64,000 nt of DNA from an uncultured Chloroflexia bacterium (GTDB lineage Bacteria > Chloroflexota > Chloroflexia > Thermomicrobiales > UBA6265): positions 89,640 through 153,639 of the forward strand of contig CAVTUU010000009.1 in the NCBI GenBank assembly GCA_963737985.1. Reading direction: 5' to 3'. Made by a program: the position numbers and the translations under genes. Position 1 is the stretch's first letter. The number at the start of each line of letters is the position of its first letter. The notes under the pieces were generated by a model. It worked only from the letters and a program-made list of their open reading frames with translations. It did no database searches and was not told where the DNA came from. Of the stretch, positions 26,796 to 36,702 are shown piece after piece.

Positions 26796-28012
26796 CCGAG
26801 CGCTGTCCGTGAAAAAACGAGCGCGATCCCGAACTGAAGCACGCCAATGACAAAATAGACAAGCGCCACATTTCCGGTTCGTTCGATCGCGATCCCGCCA
26901 AGCAGACTCCCGAGCGGAATCGCCGACCAGGCCAGCACCGACGCGATGCTGATGACCCGGCCGAGCATGTGGTTGGGCACAATTGCTTGGCGCAAGCTTC
27001 CGGTATTGATGTTGAACATCATGCCGAGACCCGCGCCTACCGCGAGTACCGGGACCGCCAACCAGTAGTTCGTCAGTTGAGAGAAGATCGCGATGGTAAT
27101 TCCTCCGAGCATCAGAGAACTCAACGCGACTTTGCTAAACGACCATCGCTTCCGCAGTGTCCCGGCCGCGAGCGAAAAGAAAACAACACCTATCGCGTCA
27201 GCCGCAAACAGCCAGCCGATCTGCGCATCGGTCGCCCCGAGTTGATCGTTCGCGAACAGCACCAGTTGCGCGTAAATAGATGCGCCGACAAAGTTGATCA
27301 ACGCCATCATGATCGAGATGTTTCGCAGGACCGGATGACCCAGGACATAGCGCAGGCTCTCCATCACGTCGTCTCGAAGCCTCGTTTTTGGCTGGAGTTC
27401 ATCGTTTGACATGTTGAACGACCGGCGAATCAAGGCGATCGAACCGGCTGATAGCACGAAGGAGAACGCGTCGATGTAGAGGACAGTCTCGACTGGAATC
27501 ACCGCAATGAGCGCACCGCCAATGATCGGACCCACAACCGAAGCTGCGGAAAAGCTCGCTTGAATGCGACCGTTTGCTGATACGAGATCATCGGTTTTGA
27601 CGAGACTCGGGATTGCGGCGAATTGCGCGCCGTCAAAGCAGATCGTTAGCGTTGAAATCAAAAAACCGACGGCGTAAATCCACCAGGTTCGCAGTTCACC
27701 GATCTCCGCCATCAGCGGAATCGTGGCGATGAGCGCGGCACGGCCAATATCCGCTCTGATCATCAGCCGCTTGCGATCGACTCGATCGACCCACGCCCCG
27801 AGGACCAACCCGAACAGCAAGTACGGAATGAACTGGGCGGCGCTCATTAGTCCGAGGTTGAACGCGGAACCGGTGAGCTTGAAGATCAGCAACGGCAACG
27901 CGAAGAGCGTGACCGAATTACCGAGATTGGATATTGTCTGGCCCGCCCAGAATTTCCAGAAATCGAAACTCAATCGCTCAGAATTGGAAGTGTTTCCGAT
28001 TGCCTGGGACAT
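26681..28012 (-). CDS. MFS transporter
   Basis: 443 aa, about 12 TM segments. FWKFWAGQTISNLGNSVTLFALPLLIF and DRVDRKRLM are typical of the EntS-like MFS_3 group. Confidence 0.85.
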   Translation of the reverse strand: MSQAIGNTSNSERLSFDFWKFWAGQTISNLGNSVTLFALPLLIFKLTGSAFNLGLMSAAQFIPYLLFGLVLGAWVDRVDRKRLMIRADIGRAALIATIPLMAEIGELRTWWIYAVGFLISTLTICFDGAQFAAIPSLVKTDDLVSANGRIQASFSAASVVGPIIGGALIAVIPVETVLYIDAFSFVLSAGSIALIRRSFNMSNDELQPKTRLRDDVMESLRYVLGHPVLRNISIMMALINFVGASIYAQLVLFANDQLGATDAQIGWLFAADAIGVVFFSLAAGTLRKRWSFSKVALSSLMLGGITIAIFSQLTNYWLAVPVLAVGAGLGMMFNINTGSLRQAIVPNHMLGRVISIASVLAWSAIPLGSLLGGIAIERTGNVALVYFVIGVLQFGIALVFSRTALGHAEDFLPLEPVAASSDFVMPESGELRTNQTSRSQVTP

Positions 28013-28095
28013 AGAATCTCCACCCTAAAGACGTTTGCCCTTAAGCGCCAATTGTTTTGCTGTTGTCCTTATCGAGCGAGCTGGCGATTCCTCGA

Positions 28096-28761
28096 CTAGT
28101 TGTCGGACGGGTCATCCGGAGGGATAACGGTTCCCGTCGACGGATAAAGCCCGACCAAGAACTCGTAGTCGATCAATTCTGGACTATCCTCCTGCGCTGC
28201 TTTCAACTTGAATTCTTCCAACAACTCACCGAGACGCTGATCGAGCTCCACGGCTTGCTCTTGCTTCAGCCGAAACCAGACCCTTCCTAGAACCAGACCA
28301 CCATCGGCAAGATGTTGGCTCGAAGCATCGACCAATCCGGCGCGATGTGATCGCCGGATTTCAGCTTTTGCCTCGTCGAGCACAAAGGAGAGATGCGTAT
28401 CAAGCCCACTCGCAGAACCATCACCCGGGGAGAGCAGCGATCGATCCACCGAGAGTCGTGAGGCCGTCAGCTCGTATCGCTTTTCGGCAATGCCTGACAC
28501 TATTCGCGTGCTCGCGACGCGAATGAGCCTGTGCGATTCCAGCAAGTTCATGTGGTAGTAAAGGCGAGTGGAAGGAATATCCAGTTCCGCCGCGAGTTCT
28601 TTCACCGTGCGCGGCGTTTCTCGCATCAACTCGAGAATCTGGATGCGAAATGGATCAGACACTAGTCGGAGTAATTCCAAATCCGTGACAACGAGAACGT
28701 CACCATGAGCGTCGCACGTCGCCTGTATCGGTGGAGTTTGTTTACTTTGCAACTCGGTCAT
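28096..28761 (-). CDS. ArsR-family winged-helix transcriptional regulator
   Basis: LLRLVSDPFRIQILELMRETPRTVKELAAELDIPSTRLYYHMNLLESHRLI. Lies upstream of and co-directional with the MFS gene. Confidence 0.8.
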   Translation of the reverse strand: MTELQSKQTPPIQATCDAHGDVLVVTDLELLRLVSDPFRIQILELMRETPRTVKELAAELDIPSTRLYYHMNLLESHRLIRVASTRIVSGIAEKRYELTASRLSVDRSLLSPGDGSASGLDTHLSFVLDEAKAEIRRSHRAGLVDASSQHLADGGLVLGRVWFRLKQEQAVELDQRLGELLEEFKLKAAQEDSPELIDYEFLVGLYPSTGTVIPPDDPSDN

Positions 28762-28951
28762 TCAAGTTCCATTCACCATTCAACTAAGTTTGAATGATCA
28801 TATATGGCGAGCCTGGCGATGTCAACAATGGCGCTGTCCTGGCACGATAGGAAAAGGCCTTTCTCTTGAGCGTCGTCATCCGATCCGCGATAATCCGCGG
28901 TGCAGTTCGGTCTACTCAAGTCCGAAAGCTCTCACCATGGAAAGGCGCCAA

Positions 28952-29890
28952 ATGAGCACCATTGATCAAACACGTCGCTTCGTCAGCGGACTTGGCTTGC
29001 CCGAACGCGATCGGAACGATCTCCCCGCCTCAACTCTTCGCTTCCCAGATGGTGGGCAGTACCGCATCGAGATCCCGTCGGTAGAAGGTCCGAACGCGTT
29101 GCGCATGGTCTTCGAGCAGGCGGACGCGCTTGGTGTGCCAGTTCACCGCGTCAGTCAGGGAAGCGGCGTCATGTTGCTGACCGACGCCGAGCTCGACGAG
29201 ATGGCGGCGATTGGCGCCGAGCGAGGGATTGAAATCAGCCTTTTCGTCGGTCCGCGCGCGGGCTGGGACACGGGCGCCATGGCCTATTCCACGGCCGGAC
29301 GAATCGTCGCGCCAAAAGTCCGCGGCATGGACCAGCTCGTTCAAGCTGTCGATGACGTCAAGCGAGCATGCGAACACGGAATCACCAGTGTGCTCGTGAC
29401 CGATGAGGGACTTCTCTGGGTGCTAAGCGAGATGAAGAAAACTGGCGAGCTGCCCGAGGAGCTGATTCTCAAAGGTTCGGTCATGCTCGGTGCATCAAAT
29501 CCCGCGTCGATCCAATTGCTCGAGCGGCTCGGTCTGACCACCTTCAACATCCCGACCGATCTCAGCTTGGCCCAGATCGCAGCGATACGTCAGGCAACGA
29601 CGATGCCGCTCGACATTTACATCGAAGTGCCAGATGACATCGGCGGCTTCATCCGACATTACGAAATTGCCGATATTACCCGGGTGGCGGCGCCGGTCTA
29701 TCTCAAATTCGGACTACGCAACGCGCCGAACATTTACCCCGCCGGGACGCACCTCGAAGCGACCGCGGTCTCGCTCACCCGCGAACGCATGCGCCGGGCG
29801 AAGATTGGGCTCGATTTGCTGAATCGCCTCGATCCGGATGCAATCATGTCGCCGCTGCCAACGGCGCGCGCGGCAGCCTTGACGACGTAA
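28952..29890 (+). CDS. Hypothetical protein (conserved-looking, family not recognised)
   Basis: Long ORF with coding-like composition. The start is uncertain (ATG 28952 or 28937; raw ORF from 28790). Confidence 0.55.
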   Translation: MSTIDQTRRFVSGLGLPERDRNDLPASTLRFPDGGQYRIEIPSVEGPNALRMVFEQADALGVPVHRVSQGSGVMLLTDAELDEMAAIGAERGIEISLFVGPRAGWDTGAMAYSTAGRIVAPKVRGMDQLVQAVDDVKRACEHGITSVLVTDEGLLWVLSEMKKTGELPEELILKGSVMLGASNPASIQLLERLGLTTFNIPTDLSLAQIAAIRQATTMPLDIYIEVPDDIGGFIRHYEIADITRVAAPVYLKFGLRNAPNIYPAGTHLEATAVSLTRERMRRAKIGLDLLNRLDPDAIMSPLPTARAAALTT

Positions 29891-29969
29891 GTGCGCGAAC
29901 ACTCAAAAGAAGCAGCGAGTAGCCATCCTGGGCTACCCGCTGGGCATTTCTGGAGCGTTGGATGCGCCG

Positions 29970-30527
29970 CTACGAAGATCTCAGATTCAGCACGATCACG
30001 ATCACTCCGGAGCCGTCCTCGCTGCGGGAAACGAGCGTGGCGGTACCGCGCGCCCCCACATAGGGCCCACCCACCGCCTTGACCTGCATCACGAGAGTCG
30101 AGGGCCGAAGGGAGGGATCATCGTTGTAATATGTCCAACGCTGGGTCGTGCTTGGGTCATCCGGGTTCACCGGAACCGCATCGAGGATCGATTTTCCGAT
30201 CCTGATCCTAGGCAGGTCGTCATTCCCGGGATCGTCAAAGTCGAGCCTGCCGGTAATCGCGGCGCCAGTGGCCTCCCCCGCTTTCGCGACCATGTTTTCG
30301 TTGATGTCGATTGGCCCGATGGTAAGGAAGTCTCCAGAAGAATCCCGTGTGTACCACCCGACTAAGGTCACAATACCGCCGCCTGTCGTCGCGACTGGCG
30401 TCGAAGCGCCGGCGGTTGGCGTCGCGTCTTGCGCTGACGCGGGGCCGCTTGGACCAGCAAGTGTTATGAGTGCCATCAGCAGCGCAGAAACCGCTGCAAG
30501 TCCTAGTAATCGCGCCCGCATGGTCAT
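29970..30527 (-). CDS. Secreted hypothetical protein
   Basis: Signal peptide MTMRARLLGLAAVSALLMALITLAGPSGPASA. No recognised domain. Confidence 0.6.
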   Translation of the reverse strand: MTMRARLLGLAAVSALLMALITLAGPSGPASAQDATPTAGASTPVATTGGGIVTLVGWYTRDSSGDFLTIGPIDINENMVAKAGEATGAAITGRLDFDDPGNDDLPRIRIGKSILDAVPVNPDDPSTTQRWTYYNDDPSLRPSTLVMQVKAVGGPYVGARGTATLVSRSEDGSGVIVIVLNLRSS

Positions 30528-30767
30528 TCCTCCATCGAAGACGGTCGGGGCCCAATTCTAGGTTTTACTATGTTTCCAGATTAAGTCAACCTTTTAAGGT
30601 CTAACTGGCTAATTATTTTCCGCAAACAACCTATTCAAACATTCTTTTCCGGTCACCTCGTGACCATGACCATCATTGAGCCCCTGTGAACCGTGACAAT
30701 CAGTCGCAGGATGCGGATCACTTACCGCTTCGACGTTTCGCATCCCCTACACTGAATACGCAGGCAG

Positions 30768-32108
30768 ATGACCTCTCGTTTCGCCACAAGGGCAAAAGTT
30801 ATGTCCACACCACAGTCCATAGCGCAGCAATCCGCTACCGAACTCTACCTTTCCCGGGTACTGAGCAAACCGATTGTCGACACCGAAGGCGAACAGATCG
30901 CGCGGATTGAAGATATCGTCGTGCGATTCGGTGTAGATCCCATGCCACCGGTAAGCGGACTTGTTGCCCGCCAAGGTCGAAGGGATTTTTATGTCGACTG
31001 GGAGCAAGTGGCTGAGCTTTCCGGCACAGGCGCCCAATTAGCCACGTTCAAAGTCGATCTGCGCCCGTTCTCTCGCCAAGATGGTGAGGCGCTCCTGCGG
31101 CGCGACATTCTCGACAAGCAACTCATCGATGTAGACGGACGCAGGGTCGTGCGCGCCAATGATCTCTTGTTGGCTCGGACGGGAACCGATGTTCGCCTCG
31201 TCGGCGTCGATGTCAGTATCCAAGGCATCTGGCGACGACTCGCGCCCCAGCGTTTCACGAGCGAGGCAACCGGGCGCCGCCTTATCGAATGGGCGGACGT
31301 CGAATCGTTCGCGACTGACGTGCCGATGGTTCGCCTGAGAACCTCCCACGAACGTGTCGCGCGTTTGCATCCGGTAGAAATCGCGCAATTGCTCGACGAC
31401 CTTTCGCCTATTCATAGTCGAGAGATTTTGGAATCGCTTGACGATGAAACTGCCGCGGACGCGGTTCAAGAACTCGATCCCGATGATGCGGCCGATCTCT
31501 TGGAAGGGATCGACCCCGAACGAGCGGCTGACATTCTCGACGACATGGCCCCCGACGACGCGGCGGATGTGCTCGCCGAAATGGGACTTGCTGACTCTGA
31601 AGAGCTCCTGAGCTTAATGGAACCAGACGAATCCGAAGACGTGCGGGAGCTTCTCATCCTCGCAAAGCGCCACTCCGGAGATGTCGCAGCCAGCCTAATG
31701 ACGACCGACATCGTCACGCTCGATCCAACGCTGACAACCGGCCAAGTATTGGAAACACTGAGGCAATTGCCCGATCCACCCGATCCTCTGTTCCACCTCT
31801 ATCTCGTGGAGAACGATCTGGCGGATGCCGATCGCCAGCACATTGTGGGCGTCGTTTCGCTTCGCAATCTCGTGCTTTCAGACCCCGAAACATTACTGAG
31901 TGATCAGGCCGACCGTACCGTCCCAACAGTCACCTTGGACACACCGTCCCGGGAAGTCGCGCAAATCATGTCGGAATACAATCTGGCAACTATCCCGGTC
32001 GTCGACGAAGACGGGTGCATCCTAGGCGCTGTCCACGTCGATGACGCGATGGACATCCTCTTGCCCGAACTGTGGGCGCGGCGACTCACTGGCCGGCTCT
32101 TTCACTAG
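30768..32108 (+). CDS. Soluble PRC-barrel + MgtE N-terminal domain + CBS-pair protein (MgtE cytosolic sensor part without the membrane pore)
   Basis: Two PRC-barrel-like units (SKPIVDTEGEQIARIEDIVV; DKQLIDVDGRRVVRANDLLL). Acidic MgtE_N repeats (AADAVQELDPDDAADLLEGIDPERAADILDDMAPDDAADVLAEM). CBS pair. The ORF ends right after CBS with no TM helices. Confidence 0.85.
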   Translation: MTSRFATRAKVMSTPQSIAQQSATELYLSRVLSKPIVDTEGEQIARIEDIVVRFGVDPMPPVSGLVARQGRRDFYVDWEQVAELSGTGAQLATFKVDLRPFSRQDGEALLRRDILDKQLIDVDGRRVVRANDLLLARTGTDVRLVGVDVSIQGIWRRLAPQRFTSEATGRRLIEWADVESFATDVPMVRLRTSHERVARLHPVEIAQLLDDLSPIHSREILESLDDETAADAVQELDPDDAADLLEGIDPERAADILDDMAPDDAADVLAEMGLADSEELLSLMEPDESEDVRELLILAKRHSGDVAASLMTTDIVTLDPTLTTGQVLETLRQLPDPPDPLFHLYLVENDLADADRQHIVGVVSLRNLVLSDPETLLSDQADRTVPTVTLDTPSREVAQIMSEYNLATIPVVDEDGCILGAVHVDDAMDILLPELWARRLTGRLFH

Positions 32109-33400
32109 TGGCGTCTCGTTTCGACCGCGCACGCCAGCGCGTCAATTTCGTAAATGTTCGCGCGATCCGTCCACGCGGACGCCTGGCGGCGCTGGCGTTC
32201 CTCGGACCCGGGCTCATCGCGGCTAGCGCGGGAAACGACGCCGGCGGCATCGCGACGTACTCGTCGATCGGCGCCGATCTCGGATATGAACTTCTCTGGG
32301 CCATCGTTCTCATAACGATCAGTCTGGCGGTTGTCCAAGAAATGGCCGCGCGCATGGGCGCGGTCACCGGCAAAGGTTTTTCCGATCTTGTTCGTGAGCA
32401 ATTTGGCGTGAGGATTACCGCATTGGTGATGGGCACGCTCCTCATTGCCAATGCCGGATTGGTCGTGTCTGAGTTTGCCGGTATCGCGGCGGCCGCCGAA
32501 CTCTTCGGAATTTCTCGGTACCTTGCCGTTCCCGTGGTCGCCGCGCTCCTCTGGCTTTTGATCGTGCGTGGGTCCTACGCTGGCGTAGAAAAGATCTTTC
32601 TCGGTCTTACGCTTGTCTTTCTCGCCTATCCAATTGCGGCAGTGCTCAGCGATCCCGATTGGAGCGATGTTGCTCGACACATGGTATGGCCCGATTTTCA
32701 GTTTTCCGCGCGCCGCCTCACGCTCCTAGTCGCGATGATCGGCACAACCATTACGCCATATATGCAGCTCTATTTGCAGTCGGCGGTCGCGGAAAAGAGC
32801 AGTCGAACCGATCCGCGAGAAGCTCGTATTGATGCGTATGCGGGCGCAATATTCTCCAACTTCATCGCCGCCTCGATCATCATAGCTACTGGCGCGACGT
32901 TGTTTGTGCAAGGTGTGGGCGTCGAATCGGCGAAAGACGCGGCCGAGGCGCTCGAACCTATCGTCGGAAGCGCCGCGCCGTACATCTTTGGCGCAGGACT
33001 TTTTGGGGCGTCAATCCTCGCCGCGGCAGTCCTGCCGCTCGCAACTGCCTACACCGTGACCGAGGCGTTCGGATTTGAGAAAGGTATCTCCCGCTCGATT
33101 AGAGAAGCGCCAGTGTTTCACGGACTCTTTGGAGGATTGATCGTACTTGGCGCAATCGCGGCGCTCATTCCAGGCCTGAACATAATCGATTTGCTCGTTT
33201 CGACTCAGTTGCTCAACGGTCTGGTTCTGCCGGTCGTGCTCGTCGCTATCGTGCTGTTGGTCAACGATCGAGTGGTTATGGGCAGCCATACTAATAGTCG
33301 GGCTTATAACATCGTGTCTTGGACGACCGTAATCGTCGTCGCCACACTCTCAACTGTATTTCTGGGCATGACCATTGCCGAGTTGTTGGGACTCGCCTGA
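32108..33400 (+). CDS. Nramp-family transporter with non-canonical metal-site motifs (NRMT-like)
   Basis: GTG 32108 overlaps the upstream TAG (TAGTG). TM1 reads GNDAGG instead of DPGN. TM6 reads IGTTITPYMQLYLQS instead of GATVMPHNLYLHS. About 11 TM helices. Confidence 0.85.
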   Translation: MASRFDRARQRVNFVNVRAIRPRGRLAALAFLGPGLIAASAGNDAGGIATYSSIGADLGYELLWAIVLITISLAVVQEMAARMGAVTGKGFSDLVREQFGVRITALVMGTLLIANAGLVVSEFAGIAAAAELFGISRYLAVPVVAALLWLLIVRGSYAGVEKIFLGLTLVFLAYPIAAVLSDPDWSDVARHMVWPDFQFSARRLTLLVAMIGTTITPYMQLYLQSAVAEKSSRTDPREARIDAYAGAIFSNFIAASIIIATGATLFVQGVGVESAKDAAEALEPIVGSAAPYIFGAGLFGASILAAAVLPLATAYTVTEAFGFEKGISRSIREAPVFHGLFGGLIVLGAIAALIPGLNIIDLLVSTQLLNGLVLPVVLVAIVLLVNDRVVMGSHTNSRAYNIVSWTTVIVVATLSTVFLGMTIAELLGLA

Positions 33401-33495
33401 ACACTCACTCGCAATCAGCATCTCAAAGTTCGCGTGCTATCATCGGCCCCGATTTCCTCCGAGTGATCGTGTGCATCGACTGACCGAGGAGCCTC

Positions 33496-34467
33496 ATGGC
33501 AACAACCGAACTCATCGAAGGCAACGTGGCGATGGTCTTTCCCGGTCAGGGAAGCCAATTCGTCGGCATGGCGACTGAACTCCAATCAGTGTCGCCAGCC
33601 GCCAAGGCAGTGTTTACGCAAGCAGACGAAATCCTTGCGTTTCCCCTCTCTAAGATCATTGCCGAGGGTCCAGCCGATGTCCTCGAAGATACGATCAACG
33701 CGCAACCCGCGATCCTGACCGCCAGCGTTGCGGCGCTTGAAGCACTCCACGAACGGCTCACCGCCCAATCAGCGACGATCACGCCTCTTGCTGTCGCCGG
33801 ACACTCGCTCGGCGAGTTCACGGCCCTCGTCGCGGCGGAATCGCTGGACTTCCCGACGGCCCTCACACTCGTGCGCGAGCGCGGCCGCCTGATGAAAGAG
33901 GCAGGAACGGAATCTCCTGGCGGAATGGCAGCGATCCTGGGGCTCGACGACGAGGCGCTTGCCGCTGCCTGTCAGGAGGCAAGCAGCGTGGGAATCGTGG
34001 TGGTGGCAAACGCAAATTGCCCTGGGCAGATCGTGATATCCGGTGAAATCGCGGCACTTGAGCGCGCAATGCAACTGGCGAAGGAGCGGGGCGCAAAACG
34101 AGCATCGCGTCTGGGCATCTCAATCGCCTCCCATTCCCCGCTCATGGCAAACGCCTCGAAACAGTTTGCCGAGGTCGTTGCCGCTGCGCCAATCAAAGCA
34201 CCCAAAATTCCAGTGATTGCCAACGTGACAGCCCGACCGCTACAGACTGTCGATGAGATCAGAACCGAGCTTTCGTATCAAATCGAGCGGCCAGTGAACT
34301 GGACTGGCTCGGTTCGAACCATGGTCGATCTACACATCGATACGATTGTCGAGATAGGTCCCGGCGCGGTCATTTCTGGCTTAGTGAAGCGCATTACGGC
34401 CGATGTGCCAACGTACACTATCGCCGACCTTGGACTCGAATTGCCGAGTCTGGGAAGACCCTCGTAG
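33496..34467 (+). CDS. fabD: Malonyl-CoA:ACP transacylase
   Basis: MVFPGQGSQFVGM and active-site GHSLGEFTALVAA. Confidence 0.95.
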   Translation: MATTELIEGNVAMVFPGQGSQFVGMATELQSVSPAAKAVFTQADEILAFPLSKIIAEGPADVLEDTINAQPAILTASVAALEALHERLTAQSATITPLAVAGHSLGEFTALVAAESLDFPTALTLVRERGRLMKEAGTESPGGMAAILGLDDEALAAACQEASSVGIVVVANANCPGQIVISGEIAALERAMQLAKERGAKRASRLGISIASHSPLMANASKQFAEVVAAAPIKAPKIPVIANVTARPLQTVDEIRTELSYQIERPVNWTGSVRTMVDLHIDTIVEIGPGAVISGLVKRITADVPTYTIADLGLELPSLGRPS

Positions 34468-34620
34468 GCGAGCAATGCGCGCAATCGTTCTGATCCCGTA
34501 AACTTCCCTTGCATTCGCCGGTGCGTCTGGGACTGCCGGGTCACGATTCAATGCACAATTGGCTGACTCAACTGGCGAATCAAACCAAACGATCACGTGT
34601 TGGGGAAGGGGATTAATTCG

Positions 34621-35861
34621 GTGAAACGGGTGGTTGTGACGGGTGTGGGCGCGATGACCCCACTCGGTATCGGGGCGAAGGCCTACTGGGAAGGTTCGAA
34701 GGCCGGCTGCTCTGGTATCCGTCACATTCAAGGCTTCGACCCTTCTAATCTGCCCGTTACGATTGCTGGTGAGGTTCCCGGTTTCGCGGCGAAAGATTTC
34801 ATGGATCCGAAGGCCGCTCGTCGAATGGATCGCTTCGCCCAATTCGCAGTCGCCTCGGCGCGAGAAGCAATCGAGCAGGCCAAGCTCGAGATTACCGATG
34901 ACAATCGCGAAATGGTCGGCGTCGTCGTCAACACAGGCGGGGGCGGCATCCCAACTATCGAACACGAAGTCGGGACCATGCATGACAAGGGTCCGAGCCG
35001 GCGTCAGCCCCTTCCTGATCCCGATCTTTGCCCCAAACATGGCCAGTTGTCAGGTCTCGATTGCCTTCGGCATTCGCGGACCATCAAGTACATCGGCGGC
35101 GGCCTGCGCATCTGGAATCCAGGCGTTTGTCGACGCCACCCATATCATCCAACGTGGCGAAGCGGACATTGTGATCACCGGTGGAACTGAAGCGGGGATC
35201 ACTCCGGTTGCCATCGCCGGACTGGCGAATATGGGCGCGCTTTCACGGCGAAACGACGATCCCGCGGGCGCAAGCCGGCCGTTTGATAGCGGGCGCGACG
35301 GATTCGTCTTTTCCGAGGGCGGGGCAATCATGGTCCTCGAATCAGAAGAGCACGCCCTTGAGCGGGCGCAAAAATCATCTGCGAGGTCAAGGGCGGCGCT
35401 TATACATCGGACGCGTTTCACATCACAGCTCCCGATCCAAACGGTGAAGGCGCGGCGCTCGCGATGAAGCGCGCGCTCAAGTGGGCGGGCTTAGAACCGA
35501 GCGACGTGCAATACGTCGCCGCGCACGCGACCGCGACCCCGATCGGCGACATCGCCGAAACCGAGGCGATCAAAGGCGCTTTCGGCGATCATGCGCACAA
35601 GATGGCGATGTCGGCCAACAAGTCGATGGTCGGTCATCTGCTGGGCGCGGCCGGAGCGGTCTCGTCGCTCTCCTGCGTGATGGCGATCGCGAAGGGATAG
35701 TGCCGCCAACGATCAACCTGACTGATCCTGATCCGGCCTGCGATCTCGACTACGTGCCAAATGTCGCACGCAAAATCGACATCAACGTCGCTCTCGCCAA
35801 CGGGTTCGGCTTTGGCGGCCAAAACGCCTGTGCGGTCTTCGCGAAGTACAACGGCGCGTAA
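34621..35861 (+). CDS. fabF: 3-oxoacyl-ACP synthase II, reading frame broken three times (near 34998-35002, 35364-35366, 35694-35696)
   Basis: The pieces in three frames join into a full FabF: [15 protein letters not shown]...HDKGPSR|[38 protein letters not shown]...ALER|[29 protein letters not shown]...HATATPIGD...[11 protein letters not shown]...AIAKG|IVPPTINL...[15 protein letters not shown] 34621 follows GAAGGGGA. Confidence 0.9.
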
Positions 35862-35888
35862 AACGTTTGGCTTGATTCAGGTCGAATA

Positions 35889-35912
35889 CGGCACGCCCTA
35901 ACCGGCGTGCCG
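35889..35912 (+). terminator. Hairpin downstream of fabF
   Basis: 9-bp stem CGGCACGCC / GGCGTGCCG with a 6-nt loop, 28 nt after the fabF stop. No U-tract. Confidence 0.5.
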
Positions 35913-35948
35913 GCTCGCTCGTTGTAATGCGCGTGATAGTTGCTCCCG

Positions 35949-36013
35949 TATAATGTGTTTCACCCAAACGGGAGAAAAGCGAATAACGTATCCAGCTGGT
36001 CACATGTGGATAC
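35949..36013 (+). promoter_or_regulatory. Candidate -10 hexamer and operator-like inverted repeat upstream of the sigma/ImmA/HerA operon
   Basis: Perfect TATAAT at 35949-35954; the only TTG-type -35 candidate, TTGTAA at 35922-35927, is 21 nt away, which is too far. Inverted repeat GTATCCA-N12-TGGATAC (35988-36013) encloses palindromes CCAGCTGG and CACATGTG. Confidence 0.3.
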
Positions 36014-36069
36014 GATTGAATGGCATAACGCAGCCACATATCAATCAGCAGCGAGGTCAATCACTGCCG

Positions 36070-36702
36070 ATGACAACTGCTAGAGACGATCGGGCAACTG
36101 GAAAATCGCTCCATGAGCAGCTCTTGCGAGGTGACCCGGATGCCGCAAGCGCCATCTATATTGCCTATCGCGATCGAGTGAGCGCGCACATTCGAGCGCA
36201 GGCACGCGCAAATGGCGAGCATCTGCCAGATGAAGACATGGTCATCGATGCAGCAACCGAGGCGTTTGCCAAGTATTTCGACAAACCGGAAAAGTTCAAT
36301 CCTGACCTGAAATCGCTGCTTGGCTATCTCAACATGTCGGCACTCAGTGACTTCCTCAATCTTGTCGATAAACGAAAACGCAGGCCGCAACTACGTGTCG
36401 GAATTGAAGATGAAGTCTGGAATAAGTATGCAGACGATGACGCTCAGTCTTTTGAAGACGAGGTCATCGACCAAGACGATAGCGAACTTGTGCGGAAATT
36501 GAGAAGCCAGTGCGTAAGAACCGACGAAGACCGCATCATTTACGAACTTCTTCTCGACAAGGTCCGCGAGACCAGCAAGTGCCTGGAAGCGCTTGGATGG
36601 CCCGAGGGCGCGGAGAGCACGGAACGGCTCCGGAATGCGAAGGACCGAATCAAAAAGTGTCTCCAGCGGGCGCACAGCAGGTTCGTCCAGGAGAACCAGT
36701 GA
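36070..36702 (+). CDS. Divergent ECF-like sigma-70 family protein
   Basis: Region-2-like DEDMVIDAATEAFAKYFDKPEKFNPDLKSLLGYLNMSALSDFLNLVDKRKRR. Region-4-like DEDRIIYELLLDKVRETSKCLEALGWPEG..STERLRNAKDRIKKCLQRA. Its stop overlaps the next start (TGATG). Confidence 0.65.
   Translation: MTTARDDRATGKSLHEQLLRGDPDAASAIYIAYRDRVSAHIRAQARANGEHLPDEDMVIDAATEAFAKYFDKPEKFNPDLKSLLGYLNMSALSDFLNLVDKRKRRPQLRVGIEDEVWNKYADDDAQSFEDEVIDQDDSELVRKLRSQCVRTDEDRIIYELLLDKVRETSKCLEALGWPEGAESTERLRNAKDRIKKCLQRAHSRFVQENQ

Noticed and set aside
30528-30767. M-box (Mg2+) riboswitch upstream of the MgtE_N/NRMT pair
   Set aside because: The conserved GUUAGGUGAGGCUCC-type core is absent. Only an AT-rich spacer and a 15-nt palindrome are present.
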